Shown here piece after piece: positions 38,660 to 48,474 of a stretch of 64,000 bases of DNA. The DNA comes from Planctomycetota bacterium (GTDB taxonomy: Bacteria > Planctomycetota > UBA1135 > UBA2386): positions 3,264,001-3,328,000 of the forward strand of contig OZ245838.1 in NCBI GenBank assembly GCA_965228735.1, given 5' to 3'. The notes beneath the pieces were generated by a model. The model saw only the letters and a list, made by a program, of their open reading frames with translations, was not told the origin of the DNA and made no database searches. Position numbers and translations under genes: made by a program. The stretch's first letter is position 1. Each line of letters begins with the position of its first letter.

Positions 38660-39417
38660 CCGCGGACGGCGTCGAGCCAGGCCTGCGCCATGAGCGCCGC
38701 CCCGGCTTGCGACGGGTGCACACCGTCCTTGGCCCAGTGCTCGGGCTCCGCGAACTCGATGGCGCGATCGAACACTGCCTGGAACGGCACGAACGTCGCG
38801 CCGTGATTCTGCGCGACCCGCAACGCGGCGGCGCGGTAGTCGTCGAACTCCGGGAACCACGATTCGTCGACGGCCCCGCAACGCAGAACGAACGGCTCGC
38901 ACACGACGAGCCGAACGTCGGGCAGATCCGTCCGCGTGCGCGTCAGCAGCTGGTTGTAGTCGCGTTCGTAGATCGCGACCGTGCCGTCGTACTTGCCGTT
39001 CTTCGTGTGCCAGATGTCGTTGACCCCGATCAGGATGCTCACGACGTCGGGCCGCAGGTCGAGGCAGTCACGCTGCCAACGCTTCGCGAGCTGGAAGACC
39101 TTGTGGCCGCTGATGCCGCGGTTGTAGATGCGCAGATCGGACGCGCGCTCGTCGACGAGCAGCCCCGCGGCGGCGAGCCAGGCATAGCCCTTGCCGAGCG
39201 CCGCACGCGAGTTCGCGGTGTCGGCGTCCTTGCGGCTGCGGCCGGCGTCGGTGATCGAATCACCCTGGAAGAGCACGACGTTGCCCGATTCGACGATGCG
39301 GCGCTGCGGAGCGGCCGCGGCATCGACTGCCGCGCACGACGTGAGCCCGGCCGCCCCGGCCGCCATCGCGGATGCGGCGAGGAAGCGGCGGCGAGGGAGA
39401 GCGGAGTCGTCGCGCAT
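38644..39417 (-). CDS. Tat-exported SGNH/GDSL hydrolase
   Basis: RRRFL Tat motif; FQGDSITD, NRGISG, GVND, DGVH. Confidence 0.92.
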   Translation of the reverse strand: MRDDSALPRRRFLAASAMAAGAAGLTSCAAVDAAAAPQRRIVESGNVVLFQGDSITDAGRSRKDADTANSRAALGKGYAWLAAAGLLVDERASDLRIYNRGISGHKVFQLAKRWQRDCLDLRPDVVSILIGVNDIWHTKNGKYDGTVAIYERDYNQLLTRTRTDLPDVRLVVCEPFVLRCGAVDESWFPEFDDYRAAALRVAQNHGATFVPFQAVFDRAIEFAEPEHWAKDGVHPSQAGAALMAQAWLDAVRGHMVD

Positions 39418-39501
39418 CCCGGAACGATAGGCCGAAGCGCGCGACGGCCCTATCGAAACCGCCCGAACGCCAGCTTACCTGGAACCCTGCTGCCCGCTCC
39501 C

Positions 39502-40014
39502 TTACTTGCCGGGCAGGCTCTGCCAGAGGATGTTGCGGATCTGCCACTTGCCGTCGAACTTGCCGAGCTGCATGTGATCGACGCCCCAGACGGCCGTGAC
39601 CTTGAGCACTGCGGTCTGGTCCATGAGGTCGAGCACCTCGACCTTCTTCACGGACTCGGCGTTCGCCCGCTTGCCCGACTCGTTCCAGCTGCCGGCGAGC
39701 TTCTTCAGCTGCTCGAACGTCATCGCCGAACCGTGGTAGGGCTGGTCCGCGCCGCGCTTGTAGAAGCCGAACTTGCTGAGCTCCGGGTGAACGCTGCGCC
39801 CGATGAGCTCCGGCTTGACGTCGTAGATCGCTTCGACGTAGTCCATGCCGGCACGGACGACCGCGGCGCGTTCGGGGTGCGGCGTCGCCGCCGGCCCGGG
39901 CGGCGCCTTGCGCACCGGATCCTGCATCCCACCGGTTTCCCCGAGGGTGTAGCCCGTGAGCGACGCGGCGGCGACGGCGAGGGCGGAACAGACGAATCGC
40001 GAGACGTGGAGCAT
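39502..40014 (-). CDS. NTF2-like (lumazine-binding 2 type) secreted protein
   Basis: DYVEAIY...SVHPEL...TAVLKVTAVWGVDHMQLGKFDGKWQI. Confidence 0.8.
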   Translation of the reverse strand: MLHVSRFVCSALAVAAASLTGYTLGETGGMQDPVRKAPPGPAATPHPERAAVVRAGMDYVEAIYDVKPELIGRSVHPELSKFGFYKRGADQPYHGSAMTFEQLKKLAGSWNESGKRANAESVKKVEVLDLMDQTAVLKVTAVWGVDHMQLGKFDGKWQIRNILWQSLPGK

Positions 40015-40166
40015 CCCGCGATTGTCACCGATCCTTCGCGCGACGCCGAGGCCCGTCACCCGGAAGGGCCATCCCATCTCACCCGGGCACCAGGCCAGAG
40101 CCGACGCGGCGATCCGGGCCAGGGCAGCGGCGACGGGACGATACCCGAGCGCACACGCGCCGAGGC

Positions 40167-41510
40167 TCAGCGCTCCGCGGCGCCGGCAGGCGCGCTGGCG
40201 GCGCAGCCCGCTGGCGCGCTCGCGGCGCACGCGGACGGGACGCCGGCCACCCTCGGCGGGCCCTGAGCCTCGCCCCGGTTCCACGGTGCTTTCGCGAGCA
40301 GCAGTCCCATCCCGCACCAATCCGTGATCCCGGCAAACGTGAGACCGGCGCCGACGAACGCTGCCAGACCGTAGAAGGCCGGATGCAACCACGTGCCGAG
40401 GATGACGCCGAGCAGGACCAGGACACCCGCGCCGATGCGCACCTGCCGTTCCAGCGAGATCACACCGCGACCCGCGATCGTTTCGCCTCCCACCGCACGG
40501 TAGGCCTCGATGCCGCCCACGACGACGCGAAGCCCGCCGACCTGCTGCTCGGCCAACAGCCGCTGCGCCATCTGCGCCCGCTGCCCGGAACGACACATTA
40601 GCAGGCGCGGAGCCGGCGTCGCGCGCACTTCGTCGACCCGGCTTCCGAGCTGGTCGAGTGGAATCAACCGCGAACCCGCGATGTGCTCGGCAGCGAACTC
40701 ACCGCCCGTTCGAACGTCGATCACGCTGCTGCTGCCGCCATCCTCGACGAGCCGGGCACAGTCGCCCGCGTCGATGGTGCCCGGGATGTCCACGCCTTCG
40801 CGATTGAGTCGCAGCAGATCATCCATGTTGGCCGGACGCGGCGGCGGCGCCTCGGCAAGGGCGCTCGCGAACGCCGCACGATCGGTCATCCGGAACCATG
40901 CGTTGGAGCGCCGCTCCTCTCCGAGGGTCGTGCGCTGGCGCCCCTCGTAGTCATGCCCGGGGAACACCACGGTTTCGTCCGGCAGGGGATCGAAGACGCG
41001 ATGCAGCGAGTCGAACAGCTCGCCAGCGTCGCCCCCGAGGAAATCGGTGCGAGCGACTCCACCGATGAACAGCGTGTCGCCGCTGAGAACGACCCCAGCG
41101 GCCACCAGGACGATGTGGTCGGGAGTGTGGCCCGGAGCATGACGAACGGTGACCGCGACATCGCCGAGATGGAGCGCTTCGCCGTCTTCGGGATGTCGGT
41201 CTACCCCGGCGTGGCGGGCCAACTCATGCGCAACTCGCGTGGTCGACGTCGCAGCCGCGAGCGCCCCGGCCCCGGACGGATGATCGGCGTGTGTGTGGGT
41301 ATCGATGACGTAGCGCAACGACCAACCGGCATCCCGCACGCGCGCCGCCACCGCTTCGACGAAGTCGAGATGAACGTCGACCGCCATGGCCTGCTCGCTG
41401 ACGGGATCCACGAGAACGTAGGTCCGACAGCCTTGCGGGTGCGGCAGCACCAGGATCTGCAGAGCGCCGATCGACTCGGCTGGAGCGAAATCGTGTTCGA
41501 GAGTCGTCAT
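40167..41510 (-). CDS. Persulfide dioxygenase (ETHE1-like MBL) + rhodanese + DUF2892 membrane-domain fusion
   Basis: DTHTHADH, PGHT, GDTLF, RTDF, PGHDY; IDVR...CRSGQRA; SLERQVRI...GITDWCGMGLLLAKAPWN. Confidence 0.92.
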   Translation of the reverse strand: MTTLEHDFAPAESIGALQILVLPHPQGCRTYVLVDPVSEQAMAVDVHLDFVEAVAARVRDAGWSLRYVIDTHTHADHPSGAGALAAATSTTRVAHELARHAGVDRHPEDGEALHLGDVAVTVRHAPGHTPDHIVLVAAGVVLSGDTLFIGGVARTDFLGGDAGELFDSLHRVFDPLPDETVVFPGHDYEGRQRTTLGEERRSNAWFRMTDRAAFASALAEAPPPRPANMDDLLRLNREGVDIPGTIDAGDCARLVEDGGSSSVIDVRTGGEFAAEHIAGSRLIPLDQLGSRVDEVRATPAPRLLMCRSGQRAQMAQRLLAEQQVGGLRVVVGGIEAYRAVGGETIAGRGVISLERQVRIGAGVLVLLGVILGTWLHPAFYGLAAFVGAGLTFAGITDWCGMGLLLAKAPWNRGEAQGPPRVAGVPSACAASAPAGCAASAPAGAAER

Positions 41511-41568
41511 CGTTTGGTCCTCGGGCAGTCAGCGCGACCGGCGTGGTGTCGCCGGCGCACGCCGCCTG

Positions 41569-41600
41569 TTGATCATATGACTAATAACTCATATGATCAA
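41569..41600. promoter_or_regulatory. 12-8-12 inverted repeat, probable ArsR operator
   Basis: ttgatcatatga-ctaataac-tcatatgatcaa between divergent genes; AT-rich island. Confidence 0.85.
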
Positions 41601-41603
41601 GCC

Positions 41604-41993
41604 ATGAGCAAGAACCGGAAGCCCCTGAACCGGAAACCCCTGAACCGGAAGCCCAAGAATCGGCAGCAGGGGAAGCGGCTGTCGGACGCCCAACTCGAGG
41701 CCGTGGCGCGACGGTTTCGCACGCTCGCGGTCCCGAGCCGACTCCGGATCCTCGACGGTCTGATGGCGGGACCGCTACCGATGTCGGAACTCGCCGACGA
41801 GACCGGGCTCACCCAGTCGAATCTGTCCCGCCAGGTCACCGAGCTCGAGCGGGAGGGCTGTGTCGAGCGCGACCGCCGCGGCCGCGAGGTCGTGGTACGC
41901 ATCGCGGATCCGAGCCTCGCACAGCTCTGCGAGCTCGTCTGCGGGGCCCTGCAGGAGCGCGCAGCGACGACACAGGCGCTGCTCGGCGACTGA
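41604..41993 (+). CDS. ArsR/SmtB family transcriptional regulator
   Basis: FRTLAVPSRLRIL, TQSNLSRQV, RRGREV, C-terminal LCELVC. Confidence 0.92.
   Translation: MSKNRKPLNRKPLNRKPKNRQQGKRLSDAQLEAVARRFRTLAVPSRLRILDGLMAGPLPMSELADETGLTQSNLSRQVTELEREGCVERDRRGREVVVRIADPSLAQLCELVCGALQERAATTQALLGD
41613..41657 (+). repeat. 15-bp tandem repeat x3 (NRKPL) in the ArsR N-terminus
   Basis: aaccggaagcccctg aaccggaaacccctg aaccggaagcccaag. Confidence 0.85.
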
Positions 41994-42014
41994 GCCCCGT
42001 GCAAGCCGACGCGA

Positions 42015-42623
42015 TCAGCCGCCGAATCGATCGCGCACCACGACTTCGTCGAGCGTGAGCTGACCGGGCTTCGGCCACGGGTCCTTCGTTCCGCGCCCGA
42101 CCGCGACCATCGGGCCGATGACGTGATCCGCGGGCAGGTTGACGAGCTCGGCCACCTTGTCGTGCTCGAAGCCGATCATGGGACACGACTCGTAGCCCAT
42201 CGCGGCGGCCGCGACCATGATCGTCTGCATCGCCATGCCGATCGAGCGCTGGGCCTCGTCGCGCTGCAGGTCCTCCTTGCCCTCGTGGAACGGCTCCATC
42301 CAGTTCACGAGCAGTTCGGCGACCTCGCCCGGCGCGTTGCGCCAGTAGCGCTGCGGCTCCTTCGCCCACGCCTTCGTGTCGGCGGTCATGAGAATGAGCA
42401 ACGACGCATCCGTCATCTGGGCCTGATCGTTGCCGACCGCGCGGATCTGCCTGCGCAACTCGGGATCGCTCACGATCACGAACCGCCAGTGCTGGATGTT
42501 GAAGCTCGTCGGCGACTGGATCGCAGCCTGCATGAGCTTGTCGACCTCGGCGTCGGTCAACCGATGGTCCGGGTCGAAGTGCTTGACGGCACGGCGGGCA
42601 TAGATGGCTTCGAACGTCTCCAT
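42015..42623 (-). CDS. Nitroreductase family protein
   Basis: RRAVKHFD, SPTSFNIQHWRF, GYESCPMIGF. Confidence 0.93.
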   Translation of the reverse strand: METFEAIYARRAVKHFDPDHRLTDAEVDKLMQAAIQSPTSFNIQHWRFVIVSDPELRRQIRAVGNDQAQMTDASLLILMTADTKAWAKEPQRYWRNAPGEVAELLVNWMEPFHEGKEDLQRDEAQRSIGMAMQTIMVAAAAMGYESCPMIGFEHDKVAELVNLPADHVIGPMVAVGRGTKDPWPKPGQLTLDEVVVRDRFGG

Positions 42624-42717
42624 GCCCCCAGATACGATGCCTTCGCGCCACGACCCACCCCCGGATTCACCGATCTCCGAAATCCAACCGCGAGTCGGGT
42701 ACGGTCTCCACTCCCCC

Positions 42718-43428
42718 ATGGTGTTCGAAACGACGCGCTGGAGCCTGATCGCCCGGGCCAACGACGACGGCGAATTGGTCGCCGCCGCGAAAGCGCTCGA
42801 CGAGCTGTGCGGCATCTACTGGCCAGCGGTCTACGCGCTGTACCGGGCCGATGGGCTGCAGCCCGACGCGGCGCGGGATCTCACGCAGGGGCTGTTCACG
42901 CATCTGCTCGAACACAGGGACTTCGGGCGCGCGGATCCGGAACGTGGCCGATTCCGCGCGTTCTTGCGCACGGCCGCGCAGCACTGGGCCAGCAACGCGC
43001 GGCGGGCCGAACGGGCCAGCAAGCGCGGCGGCGACGTCCGCACGTTCACGATCGACGCCGACGGTGAAGAAGAACGTCGCAGCCTCGAACCGCTCGAACG
43101 GCTCGACGCCGCCGCGATCTTCGAACGCCGCTGGGCCCAGGCCGTGATCGAACAGGCGCTCGCGGAGCTCGAGCAGGAAGAACGGAGCGCGGGCCGCGAC
43201 GCGCTGTGGCCATACCTGCGCCCGGCGCTAGAAGGCACGCCGCAGGAACGGTCCTGGGCCGAGCTCGCCGCCGAACTCGCGACGACCGAGGGGGCGCTGC
43301 GGGTCGCGGCCCACCGACTGCGACAACGGTTTCGGGCGCGGCTCGAGGCCGAGGTGCGGGATACGCTCGCGGACCCGGAGGCCCACGGCGAGGAGCTCGA
43401 GGAGCTGCTGCGGGCGCTGCGGCAGTAG
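42718..43428 (+). CDS. ECF sigma factor of the Ser/Thr-kinase-associated type
   Basis: FETTRWSLI, YWPAVY, DLTQG, RGRFRAFL, RLRQRF; alternative start 42637. Confidence 0.88.
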   Translation: MVFETTRWSLIARANDDGELVAAAKALDELCGIYWPAVYALYRADGLQPDAARDLTQGLFTHLLEHRDFGRADPERGRFRAFLRTAAQHWASNARRAERASKRGGDVRTFTIDADGEEERRSLEPLERLDAAAIFERRWAQAVIEQALAELEQEERSAGRDALWPYLRPALEGTPQERSWAELAAELATTEGALRVAAHRLRQRFRARLEAEVRDTLADPEAHGEELEELLRALRQ

Positions 43429-43488
43429 CTGGCACGTTTTTTCGAGAACGAGCCGTAACGCCACCGCGATGCTGGTGCATCGGCGGTC

Positions 43489-45510
43489 ATGAACGATCCC
43501 CACGAACGCAAGTTGAACCACGAGGAGCTGCTGCGTCAGGCCATGGCGGACGCCGCCTCGGACCCGGGGACCGGCCCCGGCGCGCCGCCGCTCCCCGATA
43601 TCACGGATCTACGTGCCAGGTTCCCCGAGTTCGAGATCGTCGAGCTCGTCGGCCGCGGCGGCATGGGGGCCGTGTTCAAGGCTGTGCAGCTGCAGCTGCA
43701 GCGCGCCGTCGCGCTCAAGGTCATGCCACATGAGCTCGGCCGCGACCCCGAGTTCGGCGAACGCTTCCTGCGCGAAGCGCGCGCGCTCGCCACGCTGAGC
43801 CACCCGGGGATCATCACCGTCCACGACTTCGGCGAACGCGACGGTCAGTTCTACCTCGTCACCGAGTTCGTCGACGGCGTGAACCTGCGCCAGCTCATGG
43901 CGCTCGGCGAACTGTCGCCGGCCGAAGCGCTGCGCATCGCGCCGCAGATCTGCACCGCGCTGCAGTTCGCGCACGAGCGCGGCATCGTGCACCGTGACAT
44001 CAAGCCGGAGAACATCCTCGTCGACACGACGGGCCGCGTGAAGATCGCGGACTTCGGGCTCGCGAAGGTCGCGCGCCCCGGCGACCCGGTCGCGTTGACG
44101 CGCACCACCGCGGTGTTCGGCACGCCCCATTACATGGCGCCCGAGCAGTTCCGCGGTACGGCCGGCGTCGACCACCGCGCGGACATCTACGCCGTCGGCG
44201 TCGTGCTCTACGAGATGCTCACGGGTCAGCTGCCGATCGGCCACTTCGATCCGCCGTCCCAACGCGGCGGCGTGCCGCGCGGGCTCGACGAGGTCGTGCG
44301 CCGGGCGCTCGCGCAGCAGCCGGAGAAGCGCTATCAGCACGTTCGCGAGGTGCAGACCGACGTCGAACGGCACGCGCAGGATCTCGGATCGAACGACGCC
44401 TCGCCGGGGGCGCCGGGGACGGCGGCGTCGACCACGACATCGGCAGCGGCCACGCCCAACGGCCGTCCGCGACTCGGACTCGGCTCGTTCGCCGCGATCG
44501 CCGTCTGCATCCTGACGCTCGCCGGCCTCGCCGTCGTCCAGACGATCGCCATTCGCGAGAGGAGCGTCGAGTACAAGTACGAGAACCAGTTCCGGCGCTA
44601 CACCGCCGAGGTCGAGCTCACGGCCGACGCCATCCAGCAGGGCAGCGTGCCGCCGAACCCGCTGCCGGTCCTGCCGGACGCCCCGCCACCCGGCCTCGTC
44701 GACGGCGCCCGTGAGGTCATGCTGATGCCCGCGATCGCCTTCGGCGGCGCGCTCCTCGTGCTCGCCCTCGGCTTCGGCGCCGTGCGCCGCATCCGCAACG
44801 GCAACGGCCGCTTCTACGGCCTCGGCCTCGCCGTGCCGGTCGCGTGGGCCATCCCGCTCGGCATCGCGATCGGCCTCGCATTCGCGCCCGTCACGAGCAT
44901 CAACAACCGCGACCTCGAACGCGTCACCGGCATCGCATTCGGCGCGCTGCTGGCGGCCGGCACCGTCACGTTCCTCGTCTGGGAGGTTCGCCGCCAACGC
45001 CGCCTGCTGGCCGCCGGCGTGCGGATGCCCGGCGGCGGCTGGATCGCCACCGCCGCCACCCTTGGCGTGCTCGCGCTCGGCTTCGCCGGCAGCGTCCCCG
45101 GGTTCGTGCCGCCGGAGCCGCGCACCGTCATGCTGCCGTCGGCGATGATCGCGAGCGAACTGGTCGGCGAGTCGACGACCACGGTCCTGGAACGCCTGGG
45201 ACCGCCGCTCGGGATCACCGTGACTCGTGACACCACGACGTGGAGCTACAGCGACGCGCGGGGCCGGCCGGTCACGGACGCGCTCATCGTGAGCAACGGC
45301 GAGGTTCAGGCAACCGCCCCGGACCTCGTCGTCATCGGAGCGAGCCCGCGCACCGAACGGCCGTGGATCGGCGAGCCGCTGCGCGCGTTCGTGCAGCGGT
45401 TCGGCCCCCCGGTCCGCCGGACGACCGGCGCCCTCACGACGAGGTACGGATTCGATCACGGACTGATCGTCGCGGTGCACGACGGCATCGTGGTCAGTCG
45501 CGAGAACTGA
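43489..45510 (+). CDS. Membrane Ser/Thr protein kinase
   Basis: GRGGMGAV, VALK, HRDIKPEN, DFG, GTPHYMAPE; several C-terminal TM segments. Confidence 0.95.
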   Translation: MNDPHERKLNHEELLRQAMADAASDPGTGPGAPPLPDITDLRARFPEFEIVELVGRGGMGAVFKAVQLQLQRAVALKVMPHELGRDPEFGERFLREARALATLSHPGIITVHDFGERDGQFYLVTEFVDGVNLRQLMALGELSPAEALRIAPQICTALQFAHERGIVHRDIKPENILVDTTGRVKIADFGLAKVARPGDPVALTRTTAVFGTPHYMAPEQFRGTAGVDHRADIYAVGVVLYEMLTGQLPIGHFDPPSQRGGVPRGLDEVVRRALAQQPEKRYQHVREVQTDVERHAQDLGSNDASPGAPGTAASTTTSAAATPNGRPRLGLGSFAAIAVCILTLAGLAVVQTIAIRERSVEYKYENQFRRYTAEVELTADAIQQGSVPPNPLPVLPDAPPPGLVDGAREVMLMPAIAFGGALLVLALGFGAVRRIRNGNGRFYGLGLAVPVAWAIPLGIAIGLAFAPVTSINNRDLERVTGIAFGALLAAGTVTFLVWEVRRQRRLLAAGVRMPGGGWIATAATLGVLALGFAGSVPGFVPPEPRTVMLPSAMIASELVGESTTTVLERLGPPLGITVTRDTTTWSYSDARGRPVTDALIVSNGEVQATAPDLVVIGASPRTERPWIGEPLRAFVQRFGPPVRRTTGALTTRYGFDHGLIVAVHDGIVVSREN

Positions 45511-45534
45511 CCACGACACTGCCGGGCCGTCACC

Positions 45535-45738
45535 CTACGGATCGTGGCGCTTGTGCCACGGACCGAGCGGCCCAGTCGTCACCCCCGAGGTGCCGACCTC
45601 ACCCCACGCCCCGGCGAAGTTGCGCCACGGCGCGTCGGGCGGCGACGGCAGCAGCAGCGAAGATGCCCCCACCGCGGCGGGAGCGAACGAAAGAGAGTCG
45701 GTGCATCGGAGTTGCGATAGTGGTGAATGCGACGTCAT
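45535..45738 (-). pseudogene. Short ORF or remnant with a Vps62-like C-terminal motif
   Basis: PWRNFAGAWGEVGTSGVTTGPLGPWHKR* resembles W-x2-F-x-G-x-WG...GP-x-GP. Confidence 0.3.
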
Positions 45739-45882
45739 CGCCGGTATGGAGGCTGCAGGCGCAGGTCGCGCCGAGAACCGGCCGAGATGGACGCGGGATT
45801 TCCGGTTCGCCGCCGCGCGGTTGCGAGACCCCGGCCGCGACGTTGAACTGGTGAGCTCCCATCCGGACCTGGCGCCCGAACC

Positions 45883-47886
45883 ATGCCGCAAACTCCGACC
45901 TGCATCGCTCTCGCCATCGCGCTGCTGTCCGCAGCCCCCGCCGCCCAGATCGCGCCGCAGCAGTTGCCCGCCCGGACCGCGGTCGGCGCGGGCATCACGC
46001 TGCAACGCGGCGAGACCCAGGACCCGGCGGGACGACCGCAGAGCGTCGCCGCCCTGGTCGTGGACCTCGCGACACCGGGCACGCGGCTGGAGCTCGCGCT
46101 CGCCGACGGGCTCGAACCGACCAGTCTGCTCGCGCAACGCGGCGGCGCGCTCGCGGCGATCAACGGCGGGTTCTTCACGAAGGCGCGACGACCGAGCGGC
46201 ATGTTCCGGATCGGCGGCTCGACGATCACCCCGGCCGCGACGAACCGTCAGAGCGCGTTCGTGCTGGACGACGGCGGCACGCCGGGAATCACGATCGACC
46301 GGACCGGCGAGTTCGCCGGCCCGCCCAACGTGCTCGCCGCGGGCCCGTGCCTCGTACAGAACGGCGCGTTGCCCGAAGAACGCACGTGGAGCGACGCGCG
46401 GCATCCACGCAGCGCCGTCGGGCTGTTCGCCGACGACTGCGTGCTCCTGCTCACCGTCGACGGACGCCACGCCCGCGCCGCCGGGATGACGCTCGACGAG
46501 CTCGGCGAGACGTTGATCGCGTTCGGCTGCGAGCATGGCATCAACCTCGACGGCGGCGGCTCGACGACGCTGTGGGTCTCTGGTGCGCCGCGCAGCGGCA
46601 TCGTCAACCACCCGTCGGACAACAAGGCGTTCGACGACGGCGGCGAACGCCCGGTCGCCAACGCGGTACTGGTGTTCGCCGAGCCTGCGAAGGCAGCGCC
46701 CCGTGCGAGTGCCGAGGAGCGACGTTCTCGAACGGCCCGTGACTTTCGCCTCACGCGCGAGCGACTGCTCCAACAGCTCGAGCGCCGCGTGAGCGACTTC
46801 GCGCCCGGCGAACTCGACGGGTGGATCGCTCGCGGCCTCGTCGACCGCGACCCGAACGGCGGCGATGGCTTCGCGGGGCCGACCGTGAGCAACCTGTTCT
46901 TCCGCGACACTGCGATCCGCAAGCGCCGCAAGCAGGGACGGACGCATTGGCCGATGCCGACAGCGACGCGGGAGCTCAAGTTCGACATCGAGGTCGAGCT
47001 CATCGTCCAGGCGGACGCGGTGCCGGCCGGCGAGACGATCCGCGCCTGGCTGCCGTTCCCGCAGGAGTACGAGCACCAGCGCGTGATCTCGGCGGCGCAC
47101 GGCGGCGCCGCGGCTGCCGCGCCGATGCGCGCCGTGTACCTCGAGCAGGTCGCCGAAGCGGGCCAACCGACCGTGTTCGCGACCAGCTACCGCATCGCGC
47201 GTTCCGGGGTCGAGCACGGCGCGCTCGACGCGACCAACGCCCGCCTGCCGCACTCACCCGCGTTCACGACCGAACGCCAGCCGCACGTCGTGGCGACGCC
47301 GGCCCTGCGTGAACTCGCGGATACGATCGCGCGTGACGAGACCAATCCGCTGCGGATCGCGCGCGCGATCTACGACTGGTGCGGCGACAACCTCACGTAC
47401 TCGTATGCGCGCGAGTACTCGACCATTCCCTGCATCCCGTCCGAGGTGCTCCGCACGCGCCGCGGCGACTGCGGTCAGCTCACGCTCACGTTCATGACGC
47501 TCTGCCGCCTGCGCGGGATCCCGGCGCGCTGGCAGTCCGGCTGGGTGATCCAGCCGGGCAAGGAGAACCTGCATGACTGGTGCGAGATCCGCATCGCGCC
47601 GTGGGGCTGGCTGCCCGTCGACGTGAACACGGCCGTCGAGCTCAATCACGCCGACGATCTGACCCCGGAGGAACGCGCCGCGGTCCGCGACTTCGCGTTC
47701 GGCAACCTCGACGGCTATCGGCTCGTCGTCAACCGCGACCATGCCAGGCCGCTCGTGCCAGCCAAGTATTCGGAGCGCAGCGACGACGTCGACTTCCAGC
47801 GCGGCGAGGTCGAGTGGGGCACGCCCGCCAGGAACCTCTACTACGACCGTTGGAGCTACCGCCTGCAGGCGACGGTCGTGGAGTAG
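45883..47886 (+). CDS. Secreted phosphodiester glycosidase (NAGPA-like) fused to a transglutaminase-like domain
   Basis: AAINGGFF, RHPRSAVG, VDGR, NLDGGGST; GDCGQ, HDW, WLPVD triad. Confidence 0.9.
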   Translation: MPQTPTCIALAIALLSAAPAAQIAPQQLPARTAVGAGITLQRGETQDPAGRPQSVAALVVDLATPGTRLELALADGLEPTSLLAQRGGALAAINGGFFTKARRPSGMFRIGGSTITPAATNRQSAFVLDDGGTPGITIDRTGEFAGPPNVLAAGPCLVQNGALPEERTWSDARHPRSAVGLFADDCVLLLTVDGRHARAAGMTLDELGETLIAFGCEHGINLDGGGSTTLWVSGAPRSGIVNHPSDNKAFDDGGERPVANAVLVFAEPAKAAPRASAEERRSRTARDFRLTRERLLQQLERRVSDFAPGELDGWIARGLVDRDPNGGDGFAGPTVSNLFFRDTAIRKRRKQGRTHWPMPTATRELKFDIEVELIVQADAVPAGETIRAWLPFPQEYEHQRVISAAHGGAAAAAPMRAVYLEQVAEAGQPTVFATSYRIARSGVEHGALDATNARLPHSPAFTTERQPHVVATPALRELADTIARDETNPLRIARAIYDWCGDNLTYSYAREYSTIPCIPSEVLRTRRGDCGQLTLTFMTLCRLRGIPARWQSGWVIQPGKENLHDWCEIRIAPWGWLPVDVNTAVELNHADDLTPEERAAVRDFAFGNLDGYRLVVNRDHARPLVPAKYSERSDDVDFQRGEVEWGTPARNLYYDRWSYRLQATVVE

Positions 47887-47919
47887 ATCGTAAATCGCAG
47901 ATCGCAAATCGCGGATCGT
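47885..47919 (+). repeat. Heptamer tandem repeat x5 (RRATCGY)
   Basis: agatcgt aaatcgc agatcgc aaatcgc ggatcgt between convergent genes. Confidence 0.7.
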
Positions 47920-47954
47920 GGCTCGCAGCGTGCAGCCGGCGCGAGCCGAGCCGG

Positions 47955-48431
47955 CTACTTCTTCTCGCGCTCGGACCCACTCTTCTTCGCGGGCTTCTTC
48001 GCGCGCTCGGGCTTGCTCGAGCCCTTCTTGGCGGGACGCTCCTTCGGCTGCCGGGGCTGCTTCTTCTGGCCCTTCTTCTGGGCCTTCTCGCGCAGCTGCT
48101 CGACGAGCTTGTTCGCGGCGGCCTCGTCGATCGAGGCCTTCACGACCTTGAGCTTCTTGGCCTTCGGAGCGGGCAGCGTGCCTTTCTCCTTGCGGGCCTT
48201 GCGCGCCTTGACCTCGGCCTTGTGCGCTTCGACGGCGTCCTTGTGCTCCTGCTTGAGCTCGGCCTTCAGCCCGGCGACTTCATCGGCCTTCACGACGCGG
48301 TACTCGTCGTCGATCTGAACGACGGCGTGCGGGATCGGCTTGCTCTCGGGCTCCTGCGCCATGGCGGGTTGCGCCAGGGTCGCGACGGCCAGAAGGAGGG
48401 AGACAGGAACGAGGGAGACTTTGATGTTCAT
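47955..48431 (-). CDS. Secreted lysine-rich small protein
   Basis: MNIKVSLVPVSLLLAVATLAQPAMA signal; very K-rich mature part. Confidence 0.8.
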   Translation of the reverse strand: MNIKVSLVPVSLLLAVATLAQPAMAQEPESKPIPHAVVQIDDEYRVVKADEVAGLKAELKQEHKDAVEAHKAEVKARKARKEKGTLPAPKAKKLKVVKASIDEAAANKLVEQLREKAQKKGQKKQPRQPKERPAKKGSSKPERAKKPAKKSGSEREKK

Positions 48432-48474
48432 TGGAATGGGCGCCCGGCGATCTCGAGGGCGGTCGCGCCGAGAG

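Noticed and set aside
43430..43445. TGGCAC-GTTTT-TTCGA as a sigma54 promoter
   Set aside because: Lacks the invariant GC at -12.
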